From Marsupella aquatica (Eukaryota > Plantae > Marchantiophyta): 64,000 nucleotides of DNA. Positions 1 to 11,117 of the stretch are shown here, piece by piece. Below the pieces are notes generated by a model. It was not told the origin of the DNA. It saw only the letters and a program-made list of their open reading frames with translations, and made no database searches. The number at the start of each line of letters is the position of its first letter. The first letter of the stretch is position 1. Made by a program: the position numbers and the translations under genes. The stretch is from NCBI GenBank assembly GCA_973895155.1, contig OZ316894.1, positions 16,600,216 through 16,664,215 of the forward strand, written 5' to 3'.

Positions 1-8
1 GAGTTCAT

Positions 9-173
9 TTGTTGCAAACAAGCATAGAGTCACCAGGATGTGAGGAAAAATGGACACCTTTGCCTTGTTGCAAACCAGCATAGAGTCACCACCATGTGAG
101 GAACAATGGACACCTTTGCCTTGTTGCAAGCCAACATAGAGTCACAGCCTCTGTGATGAACAATGGACACCTT
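9..173. repeat. 56-bp tandem repeat, 3 copies (may continue upstream of the window)
   Basis: Unit TTGTTGCAA..AGCATAGAGTCAC....TGTGAGGAACAATGGACACCTTT starts at 9, 65 and 121; the whole unit is conserved, with no unique spacers. Confidence 0.9.
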
Positions 174-176
174 TAA

Positions 177-734
177 GGGTGGCTTTACAAGAAGTTGGGG
201 GCAGTTTTCACATTTTTTTTGTGTCCAAGATCTGATCAAGGCCATCCATTTGAGAGAAATTGCTGCTGTTCACTTTACAAAACCTTGGGGGCACTTTCAA
301 CCCAACCTGTTACCAACCCTACATGGAATGCAATGGGGCCCAATTTTTGCTTATGTGGAGCACTCTTTTGTCCTAGATTTTAGACCACCTCTCTTGGTGG
401 TCTCTTCTTCTGGCCGCTTGGTCCATTTCTATTTTAAGTCATTTGTAATAAAAAGGGACCCACAAGTCCTTCATAAGATATTCTCTTCTCATATTTACAA
501 AGACTTTAGCCAAAGATTCTATGACATTCAGGTGGAGTGGGTACTCAATCTGTCTTTTAGTCAATTAATCTGACACCATTGGCTACACTTGGCTTTACAA
601 GACCTTGGGGGCAATAAAAGGATTCAAAAAATGCTTTTAGGCCCGGGACACTACATTTAGTGTGTGCAATGGCCCTCCAGTTTGCTTTGGTAAAAAAAAC
701 TCCCAAGTGCCCCCAATGTCTTGTAAAGTCCTCC
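177..734. mobile_element. Tourist-like (PIF/Harbinger) MITE, copy 1
   Basis: Left TIR GGGTGGCTTTACAAGAAGTTGGGGGCA; right end reverse-complements to GGAGGACTTTACAAGACATTGGGGGCA. TAA target-site duplication at 174-176 and 735-737. A homologous copy starts at 53992. Confidence 0.85.
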
Positions 735-878
735 TAAGTTGTGGATACATTTGAGTAGGGACTTTTGTAAATTTCAAACTTGAAGGGTATTTAGGTAAAA
801 GCATGGGTAATTTTGTAGAGTTCCCATTTCTTTATAGGTGTTCCCATAGGGCACCGATAGGAAATGTTTTTCTACTCA

Positions 879-1083
879 TTTTCTTATTGGAGGGAAAACG
901 CAAACCCCAGAAACCATCCTTCGCCTAACTTAAAGTGAACCATTATTAGATCATCAGACTATTGGACTGGTAGACCTCTATTTCTAATTTATTTTTCTTG
1001 TTGCTAGGTTTTTGGAGTGCTTGTGCCATCTTAATTTGAGTTTATCCTCTTCGGACCCTTTTGCTTTTCCTCCAATAAGAAAA
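879..1083. repeat. Inverted repeat pair (possible small MITE remnant)
   Basis: TTTTCTTATTGGAGGGAAAACGCAAA (879-904) pairs with TTTGCTTTTCCTCCAATAAGAAAA (1060-1083). Confidence 0.5.
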
Positions 1084-1544
1084 GCAAAAGTGCAAAAGTG
1101 CAAAAGCTTTTTTGTGCACGTTTTAGTAAATTCGGAGTTTTCCTATTCAAATCCTAGAAAAAATAAAATTGATTAACTTATCCATGGAACCGACCGAAAG
1201 TGTCTCCTGCCTTCTTTTTATTTTTATTATTTTTATCTTGATGGAATGCCTGCTCCACTCTTCTGCACCCTTGATCTGATCGCTCTTTCTGGAATCTTCT
1301 TCCCTCAACGATATATCCATCGCCATGCTTCACTGTATACAGTACACTACTGGCGCTGGCCACTGACGGATATACACTCTACAGTACTCTACTTCTAAGA
1401 GCATTCGCACTGGTCGCCGGCCTGTATTGGGGTTGTTTTCAGGGCCTGGGGAGGGCTAGGCCGTCCGTCCAGCAATTACTCTGGATGTGTCTCCCACCCC
1501 ACCACTATAACTGGATCGGAAAAACAGTCCGGTTCGAACTATTA

Positions 1545-1710
1545 GGGCGTCTCAAACTTTACGTTGCTGCTTCCAGTTGCGGTCAGACACTGAATCCCGG
1601 GAAAAAAGTGGCAGACACAAAAATCCATGTCCGCACACTGCTGAACCGTGACCAAAACTGCTAGTTCCGGGCCTCTTTTTTTTCCCGCGACTCCAAGGAT
1701 TGAGACGCCC
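1545..1710. mobile_element. Small MITE (166 bp)
   Basis: Perfect 11-bp TIR GGGCGTCTCAA...TTGAGACGCCC, an internal inverted pair (CCCGGGAAAAAA / TTTTTTCCCGCG), and TA immediately on both sides. Confidence 0.6.
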
Positions 1711-2409
1711 TATTGGGTCAATTTGGTCTCACACTCGACAGCAAGGAAAGCTAAAAATGCCTGAACAAACAACTGTACACAGACATGGAATGCAGGAGGA
1801 AGTGAATATATGGATGAACAACGTGTGTTGGATCTTCCCAGGAGCACGTATAGCGATCATTGATTTTGATTGGCGAGGCTGAACCGGCCTGGATGGCGCC
1901 CGCTTGTTGAGCCTAGGAGTGGCGGGCCGGGGTCCAAATTTTGCAGGCCTGAAAGATACAGGTACAGATGGCGGGGTATGGTGGGGTATGAAATTTGGAT
2001 TTTTCAAGGGTGAAAGTGGATGTTGGTAATAGGCGTGTCACTTTTCAAGGAGGGGTGGGAAAGCTCTATTTCACACTCCATGAGTCTTGTTCTTTTTTCT
2101 TTGTTGGTTATTTGGTCACTACCCACAAAACCCCTCCCATCCACGCACACACCTCCACACACAGGGATTGAACCTGGGACCTCTCAACTCGAGGCCGATT
2201 TTTAGTGGGCCGAAATTTGGCGAACTTTCGCACTTAATTAAAAAGTACATACGCCGCTCCCTCTCCCTCGCAGTATCCTGACATGCGGATTGCCGTCGCT
2301 CAGCCAGCCACCAAATCGATCAGAAGGATAGCGTGAAGGTGCTGCATGATCCTTCTTGTTGGGGACGCATTGCTGCAGCGCAGAGCTCCATCGCCAACGG
2401 ACTGAGCTG

Positions 2410-2444
2410 GGAGTGGAGTGGAGTGGAGAGTGGAGTGGAGTGGA
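2410..2444. repeat. (GGAGT)n microsatellite upstream of GrpE
   Basis: GGAGTGGAGTGGAGTGGAGAGTGGAGTGGAGTGGA read directly. Confidence 0.8.
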
Positions 2445-2757
2445 TTGCTCTAGAAAGGGAAGGGAATGACTGCATGTGAGTCTGAACACCACAGCTTCTC
2501 GTCGATTCTGGTCGAAGTGATCATCGGCAGCGGGGATTTGGGGATTCGGGCTTTTGTAGGGCTTTTGTAGGATTCTTACTTGGTGCTCGTTCTTCGTCTC
2601 TCGCTTTTTGAAGGGTTTAAGAGAGTGCGGAGCAGAGGAGGAGGTTGGGAAAGGGGTTTTGAGGTTTGTGGCCCACAAAATAGAGTTGAGGAGGTGAATT
2701 GGTGGAGAAGCTTGTAGTGCAGTGCAGCGGGTGGATTCGGGTGCTTGAGTTGGTGAT

Positions 2758-3840
2758 ATGGAAGCAGTAGCAGGAAATTGGGTGGCATCGTCAACGACAG
2801 CTCTTGTTAGGGCTTCACCTACAACTACGGTAGGGGTTAGCCAAATCAAATCTTCTCCTTCTTCTTCTTTGCCTTGGCCTGCTTTGTGCAGTCGCTTCTC
2901 GTTGTCCCGTCGCAGCAGCTATGGTGCAGCTGCCCCTGGTATCGTCGGTAGAAGCAGAAGCCTCTCTTGCGTGAGCAGCAGGCCATGGGTACCTGTGGCG
3001 GTGCAAATTCCGGGACATGCTCAATTCACTCGGGGGCCTCGCAGCATGGTCGTGGTGGTGGCGGCGGCGCAGGAAGCCGCGCAGACCGCGGAAGGGACAG
3101 AAGAAGCAGAGGTAGAAGAGATCAGTGATGAGCCCACCACCTCGAATGGTGCTTCGACAAAGCCCTCGGCTGCATCGTTGGTGGAGGAATTCAAAGCAGC
3201 CTTAGCTGCCAACGACGAGAAACTCATCGCCACCTTGGAAGCGCAAATTGTCGCCGTGGAGGCCGAGGGAGATTCCCTAGCTAAGCAGGTTACCACTCTT
3301 GTCGAAGAAGCTAACACGGCAAGGGAGCGCCTTTTGAGGCTTAACGCCGACTTCGACAATTTTCGAAAGAGGACGCTAACAGAGAAGGCTAACCTGTCTT
3401 CGTCGATGCGGAGTGATGTCATAGAAAAACTGCTGCCCATGGTAGACAATTTTGAAAGAGCCAAGGCGTCCATTAGGGTAGAAACAGAGGGTGAGGAGAA
3501 AATCGACAAGAGCTACCAGGGTATCTACAAGCAATTCGTGGAGATTATGAAAGGTTTGGGAGTTGTGGCGGTTGAGACTGTTGGCAAGCCGTTTGATCCA
3601 AATTTGCATGAAGCAATTATGCGGGAAGATTCCTCGGAGTTCGAGGAAGGGAGTGTTATACAAGAGTTTCGCCGGGGTTTCTGCATTGGGGACAAGTTAA
3701 TAAGGCCTGCTATGGTCAAGGTCTCAGCTGGACCAGGCCCAGCCAAGGCGGGTGCTGGTGGAGAAGCTGTGGACGGACAAGAAGTTACCGACGAAGGAAT
3801 CTTAGATGTGACCGATGCTGAAACAGAGAACGCAGCATGA
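2758..3840 (+). CDS. grpE: Chloroplast GrpE nucleotide-exchange factor (CGE-type), single exon, 360 aa
   Basis: Ser/Arg-rich N-terminal transit peptide; GrpE motifs RLNADFDNFRKR, LLPMVDNFERA, GKPFDPNLHEAIM and GFCIGDKLIRPAMVKVS. Confidence 0.95.
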   Translation: MEAVAGNWVASSTTALVRASPTTTVGVSQIKSSPSSSLPWPALCSRFSLSRRSSYGAAAPGIVGRSRSLSCVSSRPWVPVAVQIPGHAQFTRGPRSMVVVVAAAQEAAQTAEGTEEAEVEEISDEPTTSNGASTKPSAASLVEEFKAALAANDEKLIATLEAQIVAVEAEGDSLAKQVTTLVEEANTARERLLRLNADFDNFRKRTLTEKANLSSSMRSDVIEKLLPMVDNFERAKASIRVETEGEEKIDKSYQGIYKQFVEIMKGLGVVAVETVGKPFDPNLHEAIMREDSSEFEEGSVIQEFRRGFCIGDKLIRPAMVKVSAGPGPAKAGAGGEAVDGQEVTDEGILDVTDAETENAA

Positions 3841-6644
3841 ATCACATATGTGGTAAAGGTTTTGATGGCTTTTTTCAAGCAATGCGGAGTCTCCAATTTG
3901 GAGCAAAGAGTTCGTATTGCTAAGCCTCCAAAACCTAAGATTCGTACTTAGTTTTAATTTGGAGAACTTAGTTAAAATTCTAGCTTGGATAGCTTTCTTC
4001 AAGCAGCGTAGGACTGACGGAGAAACAGAGAAATGGTTATCGAGAGTAAGGAACATGAACCACATTTTTATTTATGATGTGGAGAATTCTCTTCTAGCAA
4101 TAAAGAGGAGTCTCTTAGAAACAGATGTACCGTCTTGCTTAAACCCCTTATGAGCTCACACTGAAGAGTCCTCTTGCTTCTCTTTGTTTAATTCAATAAT
4201 CTGCCTACCCAGCATCTAGAGTATGCATGATGCTCCAGAAATCGATGCGCAGTGTGAAGTATTCGGTCTTGCTTTGAAGTTACAGCGGCGATTTTATGCA
4301 GCACCGATACCCAGTTATTCTCTAGTGGATTTCTCCATCTCTACTATTTGGTTGGAATCTGTCTTGCATTGAGGGTGACGCAGACGATTTCTTCAATTTT
4401 GAAGTGCCTGAAGGGGCTGGTTAAAACCTAGCTTAGAAGCTATATATTGCCATGACGCACAGCAACCTCATGCATTTCTTGGGGACTTCAATATCCTGTG
4501 GTGTCTATTTCTTCTAGCTGATTGCCGTGTACTTTCTTTGGAACAACGTTTGCAGTGTCTTATGCAGCATAACATAGAGCTGATATTTCCGGAATTTAAA
4601 GAAAACAACTTAGACACTGATGTGGTGAATAATAATATTGGGTGACTGATATATCTGTTGCTGTAAAAAGCAGATAAGTCATGACAGTAACAGTATGACC
4701 TGGGAGATAGATCTCAAGGAGTCATGATAATTGTTTTGAGATCGCTGTGACTTCTTGTGGGTGTTCGGGGGAGGGGGGGAGAGGCGGAGAGGCTGATGGT
4801 GTTCGATGTCGTTGGAAAATTGTATGTTATAAATATTTTACTCTGAGATCACCTTTGTATTCCCTCTGTACTCCAACCTGTTTCTATGTGGAGCAAGATG
4901 ATTTAGCGCCAAAATCTCTAAGAGTAGACGGGAAAGACAATCTCATATATTTCACGTTGGTATCAATGTAACTTTCATAAATAGCAGTAGCAACAAACAG
5001 GTGAAGTTGTAGGGCTGTGTTGCAGAGATTTACCAGTGTGACCCTGGCCTGCTATCGTGCAACGTCAAATGGAATGTTGAGGTTACGAAAATCCACAGGT
5101 GGCAGCTGCAGAGCCCTTTCGGCTGATATCCCAGCACTCAACGCTGGGTTCCATGTCAACTGTCTAGTGCTATTCGAAGATGTCACCTGATTCGACAACT
5201 CATCTTCTCGCGTCGCAAGTTGTGTACGGCTTACCAAGGATGGAGATGCTTTGACACCACGGAAATGAGTGGAACTGTCTTGAGGAAGGGAACTTTGTTT
5301 AGGCCGCCGATACAGACTGGACGTATGTTTGGTTGTGGATAGACCTGAAGATGCCGACTTTTAACGAAAGCGCTCCAAGCCATTAGAGATCAGGAGGGAG
5401 AGTGAACAGAGGGAGACACCAGGTTTGTACCGCATACTGTTTCAGTCTTTGCAATTTGCTCGTTTCGTTGAGGTAGATGATTTGCTGACAAAAGGCGCCG
5501 TCTTTGAAGTAAGTTCGGAATTAACGCTCTTCAACGCCCTCGTCCGTCTGATAGACTTGAAACCCAAGCTAAATTTTTAGGGCAAATTACATCCTCCCCC
5601 CATGTCGCTTTATCTAGGCTACCAGCATAGAGCATGAGGAAAACATTCGGAGCTTCTAGATTGAACTAGCGCGACAGTGTGCAAATATTGTATCTACTAT
5701 CAACAAACAGGTAAAGATTGGAAGAAATCACTGCCCTAGGAAGAATATGCTCGATCGTTTGAAAGTAATTTGAACCAATAAGATGTACCGAATTCTGCCT
5801 CCACTGCTATTCCATCAGAGCAACAATTGCGAGAGTTAGCTTCCAGTAAGAAAGGGGACAGTATGAGAAAGGGGACAGTATTGGTACACTGAGTCTTCCA
5901 CTGGTTTCAAATCACGGGCCTAACTGTCTATTTATTGTACCTGGTTGGGAAGGATTCTTGATAAGTTTTTCAGTACTAAAGCATTTCACATGGCAAATGC
6001 CTCGAGGATGTGGTTTTGAAATGACTGTTTCTCAATCAAAAGCTAAGGATTAAATCTACAATTCTCTTAAAGCTTCAAAGATCTACGGATACGGCAATGA
6101 TTTAGGCACATGGCGCTATTTGATAGCTTGAGGTATGAATGGGTCGCTCCTCTTGTTACTCGGCTAGCTTTTGAGTGCCGACCTTTTTTGAGGCTCACTT
6201 ACGGTTCTGGATGGAGGTTTTAGTCGATAGAAAGCCGTGGTCCAATCTGTGAGAGTGCCAGGACCTCTCAGTAAAGATATTATATTTAAATCTTTATTAT
6301 AACATTAGGAAAATTCTAATCTATGCTGTAATCTAAGATCAAAATAGACTGGTCCTAACCTACTTTGTAGAGTGCGTAACCTGCTTTGTAGAGTGAATAC
6401 ATAGGCTGTAATTTCTTGGTAATAACAAAATTTGATTTTGGATTATGCTTGTGAGTAATATACGCCTATTCGACCGAAGTCAACTGACCATAGCTACTTT
6501 GAAGAATGATATGATAGGCCCCAATTTATCAGGTAACAATAAATTTGATATTCTGATTATGCTTGTAAACAGGGACAAATTCTGATGTTCAGATTATTTT
6601 TGTGAATAGATTAAACTTGTGAATAGGGACAGGCCCGGGATCAT

Positions 6645-6965
6645 GGGATTCCTTTCTAGCAGTCAGTAAAGAAGTCTCCCTGGAAATAATCCCTTTCTCA
6701 CCGTTTAGCACTCATTAAAGAAATCTCCCAGGAAAATGATCCCTTTCACCCAGTCTAGCACTCATTCAAGGACTTCCTCCCTGGCAAAATCCCTTTCTCA
6801 CCGTCTAGCGCTCATTAAAGAAGTCTCCCAGGAAATGATCCCTTTCTCACAGTCTAGCACTCGTTCAAGGACTTTCCTGGAAATGACAGGCTTGGGATCC
6901 CTTTCACACTCTAGCACATGGGATCCCTTTCGCAGAGTCAAGCACTCACTAAAGACCTCGTCCTG
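6645..6965. repeat. ~50-bp minisatellite with alternating A/B units
   Basis: ATCCCTTT anchor at 6689, 6739, 6789, 6838, 6897 and 6924; units alternate ...CTCATTAAAGAA.TCTCCCAGGAAA and ...CTC.TTCAAGGACTT... Confidence 0.85.
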
Positions 6966-7720
6966 TGAATTTCACGGTTACTGAGCAGCATGGGCATAAG
7001 AAACTTTGAAGTGAAACGGACTGCTGTAGTTATGTTTCTCCATTGGCGTTAAAAGAAGTCCTGTAAATGACAAGTTTTAGTTGCGCGGTACTCCGAAGTA
7101 GATGTAATTGCATTGACTTGTGTGTTTCTTTGTTGATATCTGATGGATGGGGTTTTCAGATGCTTGAGATTTGTGGAACAGACAGGATTCCGACGAGACG
7201 GTTGCAAATTCAGACAAGTAATAGGCACAGTAGAATCGACATTTATTCCCAAAAGCGGGAAAATTTTGACATACACCACACCAGGAATCAAGTGGGTGCC
7301 TTCAGTGGAATAGGGAAACTCAATCGGGTTCGGTCGCATTCCTTTAGCCTCTACAATGAAAACTAATCTCCACTGTGGGCAATAGAAAACGGCGTAACCA
7401 CAAGGTAAATTAAATTATGGAACGATAGGTTCGAACGATCGAATAACTCACAACAGGGACTTTGCAGTTTACAATATCAATCTTCGGGTGCTGATGATGA
7501 GCTATATCGACTATCCCTAACTATTGACTGTACATATAAATAACATGAAGAGGTATTCAACTTTGAAGTCACCCAAGGCGACAGTTCATCCTAGGAACGA
7601 AGCCTCTTGTACTACCTCACAAATGAAGGAAGAATCATCCTTTCCTGGGACTCGACATCCCTTTGTGTCAAGCATGACGATGAATCTGCAGAATTCGTTG
7701 CAAATTATCGGTAACTTAAG

Positions 7721-9160
7721 TCAGTGAGGTCCATTATACCATTCGTGGATCTTCAATAAAATCCAGAGTCCGACGCCACAGCCGAATCCTACAGCTGCGC
7801 TGGAGGTTCCGAGGGACACTATGGTGACAACTAGCATGACGAAGGCATCCAGACGAGATGTCTGATCTCTGCATGCCATCGCTAGCTCAAGGCCCGAGAA
7901 CAAGAGTAACACTCCGAGGAGCCCAATGGGGAATTGGCCAAGTAGTTTCAACAAAGAGCTACCGACCAGCAGGCCCAAGACGAGCTTGGCAGTTCCGAGC
8001 AGGGCCACTGATAACCCATTCCTTGCCCCGAATCTGTACTGCCCTGCAAGCCCACCTGCCCCGTGACAGACAGGCATTGCACCAAACCAGCACCCGACCA
8101 GATTCATTAAACCCACACTGACCGACACGGCCCTGGGGGTCACTTCCTTCCTGGGGAACAAATCATTTGACAACTTGCACACAGCAATCACAGAATTCAG
8201 AATGGACAGCGGAATCTGGGGTATGGCTGCCCTTACAAACCCTATCTTCCAATCCTCAAGCGAAATCGCTACCAAGCTCAGTGGAGAAGGCCCGAATCGG
8301 ATGGCCTTCAGCACACTCGGATCCCGGATGATGGCAATGACTACTCCCACGAAAAAGACGATCAGAGCGGATGGAATTATAGCCAGCCCTCTCGGAGGCA
8401 CTTCAGCTGCCTCGTCCTGCTCCCCTCCTAACAGAGGCTGCTCCAATGTGGTGCTCTCCCCGGCCTCCTCGTCAGCAGCAGTGGCAGCATGAATGTTCTG
8501 CTGATGCACTGGGGGAGCACTATGAGCTCCTGCACCGCTCACCAAGACCACAAAGGAGAATACAGCCATGGCCAGAATGAATCCATCAGCCCCCAGCCAC
8601 GGTCTAGCGGTGGTTGACTTGGAGGTAGCGAAATCCTGATTCTTCAGAATGTACTTAACGGCTGTGGATCCGAACGAAATGCCCTGCGAGAGCTGAATTC
8701 CCCGCACGATCGGCAGCGGCACGTAGCGCTGGACGAGGCTCATCAGCCCCGTGGCGCCGAGAAACAGCAGCAGCAGGGCTGTGGTGATCCCGGCGGCCAT
8801 GATCTGAGCCACTGTGAGGGGGTCACCCTCCGTAATGGCCACAGCGGCGATGGATTTCATCGGCTGCACTGGCATGGGGACCCCAAAGAGGGCCCCAGTG
8901 ATGAGATTGTACAGGCCTGTGAACACCAGCGTGGTCCCGAGGTCGAGGCCATTCACGAGCGCCATCGCCAGCAGGAGCGGGATGAACGTCCCGACGTCGC
9001 CGAGGGATCCACTCGCCTCTTGCCATGCGTTCTTCACTTTGAGGTTCGTCTGGAGCTTCCGCCATAGCCCTCCTTCTCGGGACCTGCTGTTGCTGACGAT
9101 GGTGCTAAACCCAAAACGCCCTCCTCCGGAAGCGCTTTCTCCTCTTTCCTCCACTGCCAT
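7721..9160 (-). CDS. Molybdate transporter MOT1/MOT2 family (SULTR5-like), single exon, 479 aa
   Basis: MOT1-family motifs SGSLGDVGTFIP, FGVPMPVQPMKSIAAVA, PQIPLSILNSVIAVC and GAMPVCHGAGGLAGQYRFGAR; multiple hydrophobic segments. Confidence 0.95.
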   Translation of the reverse strand: MAVEERGESASGGGRFGFSTIVSNSRSREGGLWRKLQTNLKVKNAWQEASGSLGDVGTFIPLLLAMALVNGLDLGTTLVFTGLYNLITGALFGVPMPVQPMKSIAAVAITEGDPLTVAQIMAAGITTALLLLFLGATGLMSLVQRYVPLPIVRGIQLSQGISFGSTAVKYILKNQDFATSKSTTARPWLGADGFILAMAVFSFVVLVSGAGAHSAPPVHQQNIHAATAADEEAGESTTLEQPLLGGEQDEAAEVPPRGLAIIPSALIVFFVGVVIAIIRDPSVLKAIRFGPSPLSLVAISLEDWKIGFVRAAIPQIPLSILNSVIAVCKLSNDLFPRKEVTPRAVSVSVGLMNLVGCWFGAMPVCHGAGGLAGQYRFGARNGLSVALLGTAKLVLGLLVGSSLLKLLGQFPIGLLGVLLLFSGLELAMACRDQTSRLDAFVMLVVTIVSLGTSSAAVGFGCGVGLWILLKIHEWYNGPH

Positions 9161-10577
9161 TGTTGTTGATGCAACTCGTCGTCTGTTGAATGCGACGGTG
9201 AGTTAGATTAGTTCTACAATCGCCGACCTCCTCCTATAGCTCCACCTCTACAGTACTTCTTACTCCGTCTCTCACTCCATTTCCTCCCACATGGATTGAT
9301 CCAAACCAATTCGATTCAATTCTTCTTCCTCTTCTTACTAATCTACAGTACCCCCACCTCGATTCAATCCGTCCTCCTAGTGTTCCTTCTCTTCAGGCGT
9401 TGAGTTCGGCAGGCTTGACTTCTAAATTACGGGAGGGAGCGACACAGTGGTCGTGGTGCAGCATCATCTGGATGACGTAAGTGGAGCTCAGCAACTTCAA
9501 CAATAGCGAGGTAACCGATCGAATATAAAGCTGCAGTTGGTGGTGGTGGATTCCTTAGCCCATTTAAGAAATGGGCAGGGTGTAGCGTGTACAAACCGTC
9601 TCCATAGGTGTTTATGTTTTGACCAAATTGATGCTTCTCACGGGCGAGAGCTCATATCTCATAAAATAGGAAGCCAAGTGTAGTGTTCTGGAAAGAAGAA
9701 GTCAAGGCACTTGCCAGCCCACAAATTAGATGAGTGAGAGACGAGGATGCAACGTGAATTGCGAGCTGGCAAAACAACTTCGAAATCTGTCGAACGCAGA
9801 AAAAATTGTGAGTTTGAAATGTGACAATATCTTCACTAATACTGCACGAAAAAAAGACGATTAAGGTGTCGTTGGAAAGGATGCCGTCGAAAGAAGCCCA
9901 AGACCAGGACTTTTCGTTGAGTAACCACTAAGATGAAACCTCAAAGATCGACAGGAAGGAGATAGTCCCTGTTCAATCCTCTCCAATTCCTCAAACCTCT
10001 CCTCCATTCCTGTTCCATAATCGTCGGAATTGAGATTATGAAACGGTGGAAGGAAACTGAGTGATAAACTGATGAAGTGGATCTGGGGAAGAAGTCCCTA
10101 CTCGAAAGCTGGAGCGGGATCTCCTCCGGTTGTTGTGACGCCACTCAGTTCTTGTCAAATAGCATCATCATACGAAATAATAAGTGCAGTTGTCTCAACA
10201 TTTTCGAAAGCTCTGGCAGCAAGTTCAAGGCGATGTTGCTGGTGAGGATGACATCATATTTTCTTGGGGGGAATTTGCACTTTGGCACGGTACCTTGTAG
10301 GGAGACATTTTGAATTTGTAACTGAAACTTTAACAGCACTACTCTGAAGTTTCGACTGTGATACTACGTTGCTATGACGCAGTCGGATGATGATTAGCTT
10401 CATTCGTTCATGTCGTCCATATTATTTGAAAGCACGTCATATTCGATATCATTCACAGACTTTGCATAATATGGGCATGAGAGCTGGTCTTAAAAGGTTT
10501 GCTGCAATGCAATCTTGTAAAGCCATCACTTCTAGAAAAATTTCGCAGAACAAGAAATAGCTTCTGAGATCTGAACT

Positions 10578-11000
10578 GGTTCCTCCTGTTTGTGGATCCT
10601 GCTGGAGAATTCGGTGGGAGCACCTTCGACTTGTTGCACTAACTCATTCCATCAACTCTAGATTCAACAAGTTGCTAAATCTTTCAAACGGCAACTGTCT
10701 TAACCCCTCAAAATCTCTCTCTGGAAGCAGCGTAAATTGAATGTACTTACTACCGGCTAGCTTGGCTGTCCGTGCATCTGCAGCCTCTAAAATTGTGCAT
10801 CTACAAGGGGTTCCTCCTATTTGTGGATCCTGCTGGAGAATCAGGGGGAGTACCTCTAACTTGTTGCAGCAACTCATGACATAACTCTCTTCAAGAAACT
10901 GCTATATCTATTTAACTCAAATCTCTAGAAGGAGCCTACATTGGACATCCAAACAACCGGATTGGCTGCCCGTGGATCTGCAGCCTCTAATATTGTGCAC
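10578..11000. repeat. Degenerate ~200-230 bp tandem duplication downstream of the R3HCC1-like stop
   Basis: GGTTCCTCCT.TTTGTGGATCCTGCTGGAGAAT at ~10578 and ~10809; TTGGCTG.CCGTG.ATCTGCAGCCTCTAA at ~10762 and ~10962. Confidence 0.75.
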
Positions 11001-11117
11001 CGAGATGAGCTATGTTCTACACGGCGATCTCCGAGCTTCAGCACACAGTTTCACCCTGACTTGCTAGATTCCTGCAGCTTCTCAACTTGTACATGGGAAA
11101 ATAGAGGTTCCGAACGA

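Noticed and set aside
1-174. Regularly spaced repeats resembling a CRISPR array
   Set aside because: The whole 56-bp unit is homologous with no unique spacers, there are no cas genes, and the context is eukaryotic.
163-573. 136-aa ORF
   Set aside because: Lies within a non-coding MITE; I did not see an equivalent ORF in copy 2 or in the ORF track there.
2085-2200. tRNA/SINE-like segment (minus-strand B box GGTTCAATCCC plus A-rich tail)
   Set aside because: No A box, cloverleaf or TSD visible; at most a truncated SINE fragment.
2238-3896. Minus-strand ORFs of 203, 162 and 123 aa around GrpE
   Set aside because: Antisense shadows of a coding region and its purine-rich leader; no protein motifs.
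4990-5570. Protein-like but stop-interrupted minus-strand frames
   Set aside because: Cannot be assigned to any family by eye; BLASTX would be needed.
9941-10339. Short minus-strand ORFs between MOT and the R3HCC1-like gene
   Set aside because: No recognisable motif or consistent splice structure; the R3HCC1-like CDS already ends at 11118.
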